Assembly: GCA_041946805.1 (NCBI GenBank)
Contig: JBHGBC010000058.1
Coordinates: 1-30,989, forward strand
Origin: a bacterium
Lineage (GTDB): Bacteria > Hinthialibacterota > Hinthialibacteria > Hinthialibacterales > Hinthialibacteraceae
Length of the DNA: 30,989 nt
Direction: 5' to 3'
Below, in pieces: positions 19,476 to 27,001 of this stretch. A program made the position numbers and the translations under genes. Position 1 is the first letter of the stretch. Every line of letters starts with the position of its first letter. The notes beneath the pieces were generated by a model. It was not told where the DNA came from. It did not search any database and worked only from the letters and a program-made list of their open reading frames with translations.

Positions 19476-21581
19476 TTAAAAATGGAACGTGATGAGCCCG
19501 CCTGCTTGCAGTCCCCGGAGAAAGATCGCGATGCCCAGCAGCGTAACCAATACGGGCGAAATGATCTGCAGCCAGGCCAATTTGTTTTCATTCTTGTAAA
19601 TCCGGTCCATGAACTTCTTGGCGGTCACCATCAGGATGCCGATGGCGATCAGGACGGTCGCGAGCCCAATGCTGAAGAAGACAATCAGCAGCAAGCCGAA
19701 GAGAATCCGCTGCAAGGCCACCGCCGCGATGAGCACCACGATCGCCGACGGGCAGGGGACCATGCCGCCGGTGATCCCCAGCACCAACAGATCCCGCCAA
19801 GTGGCGTCGGCGGGGATGTCATGCGTATGCGTGCCCGGTCCATGCTCATGATCCAGCCACTCCTTCATTCCGTGGCCATGCGCGTGCGCCCCATGGGCAT
19901 GCGGCTCGCGCGCGTGATCGTGCCCGTGTTCATGGGGATGATTATGGGGATGATTATGGGGATGCTCATGGGGGTGTTCATGCGGGTGGCTGTGTTCATG
20001 GCCGTGTTCATGTGTATGATCATGCTCGTGCGGATGACTATGGCCGTGTTCCTGTTCGTGGTTATGGTCATGATTGTGGGGATGCACGGGCTCCGGACCG
20101 TGCTCATGGGGGTGCGGGTGCGGATGGGGATGCGGGTGATCCGGCGCGGGAGCGCGCCCGGCGCCCTGTTCGCGGGAATGGGCGGAAGCGTGGGCGCGCG
20201 CGCGGGAGGAGGCGAGAAGCGCCGGATCGAGCCCCAGACTTTCCGCCGCCAGGCGGCGCTGATAGGCTCCATACCGCTTCAGGAACATGGCGGCGCCGAT
20301 GAAGACGATCAGCAAACCGGAAAACGCCTCGATCAGGGGTATCAATTTGTCCGGCACCACATATTGCGAAAAGTACAGGGTGATCAAACCCAGCAGCAAT
20401 ACGCTGGAGATATGCGTAAACGTGACCACCAGCCCCAGAAAAATCGCGTGCCATACCGTACCCCGCGATCCCACCAGGTAGGCCGCCACCACGGTCTTGC
20501 CATGCCCGGGCGACAAGGCGTGCGAGGCCCCGAACAGGACGGAAAAGAACAAGGCCATGGCCACGAAAGAAGGGCTGATCTCCTCCGCGCCGATCATCTC
20601 CGTCCAGCCGGAATCCTGTTTCGCCGTGTAAGGGGAATTCGCGGCGGCCCCCCCGCCCGTACCGCCCGGCGGCTGAGGCGGCGTGGGGAACGCGCCGTGG
20701 GAAGGCTGGGCCGATATGATGTCCGAGGCGCTCACCACGGTCCGGGGCTGCAGGGTTGAGATCTTCGCCTGTACTTCCTGGTCGGGTTGGATGGGCGATT
20801 TGAGGATGGCGTAGTTACCCGCTTCGTCCGTCTCCAGCGGATATTGGGGAATGGAGCGGGGATCCATCATCCGGGTGATGTCGGCGAGTGGCCGTTCTCC
20901 CTCTACGGGGGCCCCTTCCCCGGTACGGTACTGGATGGCAACCTCCAGGCCCGTGACCACGTACAGGTTTTCCTCGATGGGGATGGGAACAACGGACTCC
21001 GGTGTCTGGATGCCTTCGGGCTTCAATTCGGCCCCCGGCAAGGCCAGCACGCGGATTTCCCGTACTCCGCGCATGTGCGTAAGATTACGGTCGGCGAACA
21101 CGAACCGTTTTTCTCCGCTGCTCTTCAACCCCTCATGGTCCAGGGAGCAAGCCAGTTGAATCTGGAGGCAGGTGAGCGAGCCTTGCCCCCGGGACAAAAC
21201 CACTTCCGTGCGGATCAACTGGGGAACCAGCGGCGTCACACTCCCGTCCGCCTCCGCCAATCCATAGGTGAACGGATTCAGATACCGGCCGGGAATCTTG
21301 GCCTTGTATTCCGCCATTTCGTCCGGCGTCACCTTGTTGTCGCCGTCCGTGTCCAGATTGGCCAGTTCGTTATAGGAGGGAATTTCGGCGAAATCGAGGA
21401 CATGCTGGGTGATCACCCCGCCGGGAGCCGCCTCGATCACCGTGTAGTGGTTCAAGGAAAAATTCCCCAGCGGATGGCTCCACGCCACCTGACTAAACAC
21501 CCATCCTCCGATTCCGGCGATCATCCACCGCCGCGCGAATTGTCCCATGGTTGCTTTCCGGAAAGCCTTCACTAGACGCAC
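19476..21581 (-). CDS. RcnA/NiCoT-type nickel/cobalt transporter with an N-terminal exported domain and a very long His-rich loop
   Basis: Signal-like segment ending AWS-HPLGNFSLNHY, EF-hand-like DTDGDNKVTPDE, HALSPGHGKT, TFTHISSV, GMVPCPSA, ~45 His in the loop; exact start uncertain. Confidence 0.9.
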   Translation of the reverse strand: MRLVKAFRKATMGQFARRWMIAGIGGWVFSQVAWSHPLGNFSLNHYTVIEAAPGGVITQHVLDFAEIPSYNELANLDTDGDNKVTPDEMAEYKAKIPGRYLNPFTYGLAEADGSVTPLVPQLIRTEVVLSRGQGSLTCLQIQLACSLDHEGLKSSGEKRFVFADRNLTHMRGVREIRVLALPGAELKPEGIQTPESVVPIPIEENLYVVTGLEVAIQYRTGEGAPVEGERPLADITRMMDPRSIPQYPLETDEAGNYAILKSPIQPDQEVQAKISTLQPRTVVSASDIISAQPSHGAFPTPPQPPGGTGGGAAANSPYTAKQDSGWTEMIGAEEISPSFVAMALFFSVLFGASHALSPGHGKTVVAAYLVGSRGTVWHAIFLGLVVTFTHISSVLLLGLITLYFSQYVVPDKLIPLIEAFSGLLIVFIGAAMFLKRYGAYQRRLAAESLGLDPALLASSRARAHASAHSREQGAGRAPAPDHPHPHPHPHPHEHGPEPVHPHNHDHNHEQEHGHSHPHEHDHTHEHGHEHSHPHEHPHEHPHNHPHNHPHEHGHDHAREPHAHGAHAHGHGMKEWLDHEHGPGTHTHDIPADATWRDLLVLGITGGMVPCPSAIVVLIAAVALQRILFGLLLIVFFSIGLATVLIAIGILMVTAKKFMDRIYKNENKLAWLQIISPVLVTLLGIAIFLRGLQAGGLITFHF

Positions 21582-21600
21582 GCTCGTTTCACCCTAAATC

Positions 21601-21628
21601 GAATGCCGATCGATAAAGTCCATCATAC
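21601..21628. promoter_or_regulatory. Candidate NikR operator
   Basis: GAATGC-N16-TCATAC versus the E. coli-type GTATGA-N16-TCATAC (10/12, exact spacing); overlaps the -10 box. Confidence 0.45.
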
Positions 21629-21650
21629 CGGATACGGCGGCGCTTGTCAC
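21622..21650 (-). promoter_or_regulatory. Putative sigma70 promoter of the Ni/Co transporter
   Basis: GTGACA-17 nt-TATGAT on the minus strand, ~40 nt upstream of GTG 21581. Confidence 0.6.
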
Positions 21651-21810
21651 GCGGTTCCCCGGTTCCCGCTGGATCTCCGAGGCCGGCCGGGGAAGGTTTG
21701 GAAGGAATGGATAGGAAATTACCATGGGATGACGCCGTACGCGGCGCGTAATCCTTCTACCTCCCGGTTATCCGGATGATCCTGACCATCCCGATTGAGA
21801 CAAAAAGCCG

Positions 21811-21846
21811 GTCCCCTCTCTCCGGAAGAGGGCCCGGGGGAGAGGG
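21811..21846 (+). repeat. BoxC-like intergenic repeat
   Basis: gtcccctctctccggaagagggcccgggggagaggg. Confidence 0.65.
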
Positions 21847-21905
21847 AAATTTGACTCTGCGTCTAATCCCAACTATTTTATGGGGGCTCCCCTTCGCCCA
21901 TTCTG

Positions 21906-21933
21906 GCAGGGGCAGGTTGCCACCCGCCCCTGC
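21906..21933. repeat. REP-like palindrome
   Basis: gcaggggcaggttgccacccgcccctgc. Confidence 0.5.
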
Positions 21934-22078
21934 TTCCTGAGCGGGTTTACGGTTCTCTCCCACAACCCAACCGTCCGCGGGAAGGGTTTCGCGGCGGCTG
22001 AGCGATTTCTTTTGGGAATCCGCCTGGGAGGGTGGAAAATGTACTTGTAAGAAGTTGTGAAGGTATTTTAGGAATGCC

Positions 22079-22106
22079 TTGACTCCTCACGTAACTTTTT
22101 TAGAAT
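22079..22106 (+). promoter_or_regulatory. Putative sigma70 promoter of the ABC operon
   Basis: TTGACT-16 nt-TAGAAT. Confidence 0.5.
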
Positions 22107-22172
22107 CAAGGGCGATAAATTCTTTCTAATGAATTGTCAACTATAAACCGCGCGCCGCGAAGGAGAATATGC

Positions 22173-23102
22173 ATGGCCATCCTTCGAATCCAGAATCTCA
22201 CAAAAGAGTATTCAACCGGGTTCCTGGGCCGAAAGTTCCGCGCCTTGAACAATCTGAACCTGGAGGTGGAAGAGGGGGAAATATTCGGTTTCCTTGGCCC
22301 CAACGGTGCAGGGAAGACGACGACCATCAAGATGTTGTTGCGCATCATCTTTCCCACCTCCGGCACCGCCTGGCTGCTGGACAAGGAACTGGGCCAAGCG
22401 CCCGACATCCACAAAATCGGCTACATGCCCGAAAATCCCTACTTCTACCGCTTTCTCTCCGGCCAGGAGTTCCTGATGTTCTATGCCCGCCTGTCCGGCA
22501 TGCTCCGCGAGGAAGCGCGGAAAAAGGTCGATGAACTGCTGGATACTGTCGGCTTGAAATACGCCCGGAAAACCCGTTTGAGCGATTATTCCAAGGGTAT
22601 GGTCACCCGGGTGGGGCTGGCGCAGTCCCTGATCACCAATCCCAGCCTTCTCCTCCTGGATGAGCCCATGTCCGGGCTGGATCCCATCGGACGGCGGGAA
22701 ATCCGCGACCTGATTCACCGGCTCAAGGAGGAACGCAAAACGATCTTCTTCTGTTCCCACATTCTCGCGGACATCGAATTGTTGTGCGACCGCATCGCCA
22801 TTCTCAATAAGGGCGAGCTCATCAAGCTGGGCACGGTGCAGGAAATTCTCAGTTCGCGGCAGCCCGATTATGTGCTGGTGTTGGACGGCCTGTCTGGAAC
22901 GGCGCTGGAAGAGATCAAGCGGATGCACATCAGCAAATATGAAATGATCAGCGGATTCCACCATTTCGTCGCACCCAGCCAGGACGAAGCCCAGCGCATC
23001 GCCCAGCGCGCCATGGCCGACAACGGCCGGATCATCGAACTCCGGCCGGAACGGGGTACCCTGGAAGATTACTTCATTCGGGAGGTAGGAACCCGTGAAT
23101 AA
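22173..23102 (+). CDS. ABC-2 type ATP-binding protein (myxobacterial PilH-like)
   Basis: Walker A GPNGAGKT, signature YSKGM, Walker B LLLLDEP, CSH switch; AAGGAG RBS before ATG 22173. Confidence 0.93.
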   Translation: MAILRIQNLTKEYSTGFLGRKFRALNNLNLEVEEGEIFGFLGPNGAGKTTTIKMLLRIIFPTSGTAWLLDKELGQAPDIHKIGYMPENPYFYRFLSGQEFLMFYARLSGMLREEARKKVDELLDTVGLKYARKTRLSDYSKGMVTRVGLAQSLITNPSLLLLDEPMSGLDPIGRREIRDLIHRLKEERKTIFFCSHILADIELLCDRIAILNKGELIKLGTVQEILSSRQPDYVLVLDGLSGTALEEIKRMHISKYEMISGFHHFVAPSQDEAQRIAQRAMADNGRIIELRPERGTLEDYFIREVGTRE

Positions 23103-23880
23103 AATATTCACCATCGCGTTGAACACCTACAAGGAAGCGGTCCGCAACAAGATTTTCTACATCATCGCCGTGTTCGCTCTGGTGTTGCTGGCCTTCTCGC
23201 TGGTGCTCGCCACGCTGGCCCTCGGGGAGGACGACCGGATCATCAAACACGTGGGACTTTCGGCCATCAGCATTTTCGGCCTGCTGATGGCCACCTTCGT
23301 GGGCGTCAACCTGGTCTACGAGGAACTGGACAAACGCACGATCTACACCATCGTGGCCTCCGGAGTCCGCCGGTACCAGTTCCTCCTGGGCAAGTTTCTG
23401 GGCTTGTTTCTGACCGTCGTGGCCAACATTCTCCTGATGAGCGTGTTGCTCTGCCTCCTGATCGCGGTCTGGCCGGACAGCGCCATCACCGTCACCCTGA
23501 TTTTGGCCGTGTATCTGTTTCTCTTTGAAATGCTGATTGTCAGCGCCTTGGCCATTCTGTTTTCCTCTTTCTCCACGCCCGTGCTCTCGGCGGTGCTGAC
23601 CTTCATGTGCTGGGTGATCGGCCACATGTCGGAAGATCTGCTGGAATGGAGCAAGCGCTTGGCGGAACAGGGTGTCACGGCCTTTGCCGGTGTCCTCAAA
23701 TTCGTGTATTACCTGCTTCCCAATCTGGAAGTCTTCAATCTGAAGAATCAGGTGATCTACCAGGAAGACATCGGGCATGTCTTTCATCACCTGTTCCTCT
23801 ATCCCTTGTACGCCGTCTTTTATTCCGGAATTCTATTGATCATCGCGATCGTTTCCTTCGCACGGCGGGATTTCAAATGA
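23095..23880 (+). CDS. ABC-2 type permease (PilI-like)
   Basis: About 6 TM segments; IALNTYKEAVRNK, ELDKRTIYTI, FLLGKFLG, C-terminal FARRDF; overlaps the ATPase stop. Confidence 0.9.
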   Translation: MNKIFTIALNTYKEAVRNKIFYIIAVFALVLLAFSLVLATLALGEDDRIIKHVGLSAISIFGLLMATFVGVNLVYEELDKRTIYTIVASGVRRYQFLLGKFLGLFLTVVANILLMSVLLCLLIAVWPDSAITVTLILAVYLFLFEMLIVSALAILFSSFSTPVLSAVLTFMCWVIGHMSEDLLEWSKRLAEQGVTAFAGVLKFVYYLLPNLEVFNLKNQVIYQEDIGHVFHHLFLYPLYAVFYSGILLIIAIVSFARRDFK

Positions 23881-25469
23881 GAAAGAGCACCCTCATCACA
23901 CTCGCATTTCTGGTGGTCCTTGGCGCCGGTTTTTATCAGACCCAGCGCCAGATCATCGACGACCGAACCGGACGCCGGGTGGAAGAGAAAATCCTCATGC
24001 TCTCCAGCCGCCCCGAAGTGACCAAAATCCTGGCCCTGGGGCATGAGGCCACCCTCGCGGACCTCTTGTGGATCCGGGCGATCCAATATTTCGGGGGCAA
24101 TTTCAGCACCCTCGACCGGCCGGAGAAGCGGGAGGGCATGATCAACCTCTTCAAGAACATGGTCGCCCTCGACCCCAAGTTCGTGGCGGCGTACAAGTTC
24201 GGGGGATTCGTGATGAACGAGTCCATCAAGGACCCGAAACTGGCCATCGATTTCCTCATGGAAGGGGCGGACCGCAACACCGCCAATCCGGGGGCGTGGC
24301 GGTTGCGGTTTGACGCCGGCTTCATCTCGTTTTACCAACTCAAGGATTATGAATCCGCCAAGCGCCTGTTCCTGGAAGCGGTCTATGGCGAGAACCTGGC
24401 CACCAAGACCCTTCCGGAGGAGACCAAACCCGTTCTGGAAGCTTCGGGCGTGTCGGAGGGATCCCAGGCGGACGCGTTGCTAGACGACGACCTGCTCGGG
24501 GAAGTGAAATTTCATCCGGATCAAGGCACCATCCGCCTGGACCTCCAGGACCTCCAGGAGATCGGCCGCATTAACCTGGAGCAGCCCTCCCTGGTGAAGG
24601 AATCGTTCCGGCTGCGCTACGCGGTGGAAGACCAGCCCCAGGCGTATACGCTCATCACCAGCGTCACCACTCCCGGTCTGAGCATTCTCCGGAAACCGGT
24701 GCGCGCGCGGTTTTTGCTTCTGGACGAAATGAAATCCGAGGCGCCGGACGGGCTCTTCACGATCAACGAATTTCAGGTTTTCGGACCGGCCAATCCCGAA
24801 GTCCCCTCGTACGTCGAACGCATGGCATATGAGATGGACCGCGCCGCCGGCCGGTTCAAGGCCGCCTGGGGCCAATACAGCCGCTACTACAAGGAAGCGG
24901 TCGACGTGGGTGACCAGATCAGCGCCCAGCTGGCCATGCAAAAACTCGATGAGATTTTCACCGGCAAATGCGTGGAAATCCTCACCGAGGCCGTGGAACT
25001 GTATCATAAAGAGCAAGGCAGCCTGCCCTCACCCCAGATGAAGGAACTCGTCGAAGCCGGGTATCTGCAGCGGATTCTGGATCAGAAAATCGTCGAAAGC
25101 CCTGAATTCGCCCAGGATATCCTGCCCATCCTTTTCCAACGCGCGCCCAACATCTGGGTTCTGCTCACCACCTGGGACGGAACGTCGCCCCACTTGCTCG
25201 TCGTTCGCTCCACCGCCGAAGGCAATCCGGATTGGTACATCACTTCCCGGCGGAGCCTCGAGCGGGAACAGATGACCACCCTCGATATGCTCCAGCGCTA
25301 CGTGAACCAGTACAAGGAAGAGAAAGGGCGCTGGCCGGAAAAACTCGAAGACCTGACCCAGGAAACTTGGTTCCCCAGCTCGCAGGACATGTTCAAGGAT
25401 CCGCTGGGCGGGGAGTTGTTCATCGATAACGCCACAGGCAAGGTCTCGGCGCGGAATCCGGCGTATTAA
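23877..25469 (+). CDS. Membrane-anchored PilG/XapA-like protein (530 aa) with a helical TPR-like region, an inserted beta-domain and two GspG-like C-terminal motifs
   Basis: ATGA overlap with the permease stop defines the start (not 23607); N-terminal TM; LADLLWIRAIQYFG, LDPKF..AY; AVELYHKEQGSLP..LVEAGYL and YVNQYKEEKGRWPEKLEDL...DPLGG. Confidence 0.75.
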   Translation: MRKSTLITLAFLVVLGAGFYQTQRQIIDDRTGRRVEEKILMLSSRPEVTKILALGHEATLADLLWIRAIQYFGGNFSTLDRPEKREGMINLFKNMVALDPKFVAAYKFGGFVMNESIKDPKLAIDFLMEGADRNTANPGAWRLRFDAGFISFYQLKDYESAKRLFLEAVYGENLATKTLPEETKPVLEASGVSEGSQADALLDDDLLGEVKFHPDQGTIRLDLQDLQEIGRINLEQPSLVKESFRLRYAVEDQPQAYTLITSVTTPGLSILRKPVRARFLLLDEMKSEAPDGLFTINEFQVFGPANPEVPSYVERMAYEMDRAAGRFKAAWGQYSRYYKEAVDVGDQISAQLAMQKLDEIFTGKCVEILTEAVELYHKEQGSLPSPQMKELVEAGYLQRILDQKIVESPEFAQDILPILFQRAPNIWVLLTTWDGTSPHLLVVRSTAEGNPDWYITSRRSLEREQMTTLDMLQRYVNQYKEEKGRWPEKLEDLTQETWFPSSQDMFKDPLGGELFIDNATGKVSARNPAY

Positions 25470-25582
25470 GGACCTGTCTTTCCTCACCTCCCCGTGTTAT
25501 CCTGTAAAAATTACCTGGCTAAAATCACTGAGGTGGATATTATTTCCTTAATTCCACCGGAGAAAGATACGATAATAATTCC

Positions 25583-25981
25583 ATGGGAGAAGCGAACCTG
25601 ACGGCTCAGGATCCGCGGACAGCCGCGTTGGCGCGCCGGGCGGCGATGGCGTTGGATGACGGGAAAGGCGCCGACATCACCCTTCTCGATGTCACCGGCG
25701 TGTCGGCTTTCGCGGATTATTTCGTCATCGCCACGGGGCAGAGCGAAACTCACATGAAAGCCTTGGCCAGCCAGGTGCGGGAAGCCATGGCGGTCGAAGG
25801 ATTGCACATCGGCCACAGCGAGGGAAGAACCAGCAAGTCGTGGATCCTGCTGGACTTCGATGCGGTGATCGTGCATATCTTTTCCCGGCGGGCGCGCGGG
25901 TATTACGCGCTCGAAGACCTGTGGGGGGACGCGATAGCGGTCCCCTGGTCCGGGATGGGTCCCCCGGGCGGGATGGAGTAA
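25583..25981 (+). CDS. rsfS: Ribosome silencing factor RsfS (Iojap)
   Basis: DGKGADITLLDV, FADYFVIATG, WILLDFDAVIVHIF, YYALEDLWGDA. Confidence 0.95.
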   Translation: MGEANLTAQDPRTAALARRAAMALDDGKGADITLLDVTGVSAFADYFVIATGQSETHMKALASQVREAMAVEGLHIGHSEGRTSKSWILLDFDAVIVHIFSRRARGYYALEDLWGDAIAVPWSGMGPPGGME

Positions 25982-25986
25982 TCCTC

Positions 25987-26394
25987 ATGGCCTTAGCCAA
26001 CTGTCCTCGTTGCGGGTCCCTTTTCAACAAAACCACGCTGGATTGTTGCAAGGCGTGCCATGAAGTAGAAGAAAGCCTCCTCAAGGAAACCCAAACCTAC
26101 CTGCGTTCCAACCGGAATGCCCCGATGTTCGAGGTCATGCGCGAGGTCGATGTCGCGCAATGGATGCTCGAAAAATGGATCCAGGAAAAACGCATCCAGA
26201 TCGTGAAGCCCGAGGAGGAAATGAGCAAGTTGCGCTGCATGTATTGCGGGCGCGAAATCGAACCGGGCATCTCCATCTGCAAGACCTGCCAACTCCGCAA
26301 ACTGTCCGAAAAACCCCAAAAGGAGAAACCCGCCGCCGTCCCGGACGCCGAATCCAATACCAAACGCTCCGGCATGCACATCAAAGTCCGTTGA
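25987..26394 (+). CDS. YvyF-like (TIGR03826-type) double Zn-ribbon protein
   Basis: LANCPRCGSLF...CKAC, YLRSN, WIQEKRI, CMYCGREI...ICKTC; GGAG RBS before ATG 25987. Confidence 0.75.
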   Translation: MALANCPRCGSLFNKTTLDCCKACHEVEESLLKETQTYLRSNRNAPMFEVMREVDVAQWMLEKWIQEKRIQIVKPEEEMSKLRCMYCGREIEPGISICKTCQLRKLSEKPQKEKPAAVPDAESNTKRSGMHIKVR

Positions 26395-26609
26395 CACAGC
26401 GGGACGTTACCCGGTTCCCGCATAAAGCCATCTCCGCAAACCAGCTCCACCTTCTGGATCGTCCCCCTGTTTTTTAATGGTATTCAATTCTTTGACATCC
26501 TCCTCTCTTTTGGTGGTCACTTTTTTGGGTTCATCCGCCAAGTGCGTACTTTTTATCCAGCCGGTCCGGCCGCTCTTCCATCGGGTTGGCCGGGGAGATC
26601 AATCCCCTA

Positions 26610-26679
26610 ATCCCCTCTCCCTTTGGGAGAGGGCTAGGATGAGGGAATTTTTTATAGGGGCGGACCTTGGTGTCCGCCC
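26610..26679 (+). repeat. Composite BoxC-like + REP-like repeat
   Basis: atcccctctccctttgggagagggctaggatgaggg, T-tract, aggggcggaccttggtgtccgccc. Confidence 0.8.
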
Positions 26680-26750
26680 GGATCTGCGAATGGATGGAAT
26701 GCCTTTTTCACCAGCCGGTACGCACTGACCGGATGAATCCTTTTTTTGAT

Positions 26751-26858
26751 GTCATCCCCGCGAAAGCGGGGATCCAGAACCATCGGATGGTTTAGCGCGT
26801 AGCGCGTAACCCATCTCTATCCTGGTCATCTTGTGCATCCTGGCCATCCTGATTCAGA
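26751..26858. repeat. Cluster of unrelated small palindromic and short tandem repeats
   Basis: gtcatccccgcgaaagcggggatccag (26751-26777); gatggtttagcgcgtagcgcgtaacccatc (26786-26815); 9-mer ATCCTGnnC-type tandem (26819-26858). Confidence 0.7.
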
Positions 26859-27001
26859 TACCCCCCGCCGGCCTCTCCCAACCGCTTGCATCGTCTTCCA
26901 TTTTGTGAAAATCTAATAAGAACCGGCTGTGTGGCGTACTTGTAATGGATGCCGCCAACCCATCCGGATGATTCAGAATCGCGCAAGGGGAGATTATTAA
27001 A

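Noticed and set aside
19320..20759. 479-aa plus-strand ORF with Met/Val/Gly repeats
   Set aside because: Antisense of the His-rich transporter; CAT/CAC codons read as ATG/GTG
23607..23876. N-terminal extension of the 620-aa ORF; likewise the ORF-track starts at 4688, 8753, 15256, 17477, 22134 and 25840
   Set aside because: They overlap upstream genes or lack an RBS; downstream starts have an RBS, a signal peptide or ATGA coupling
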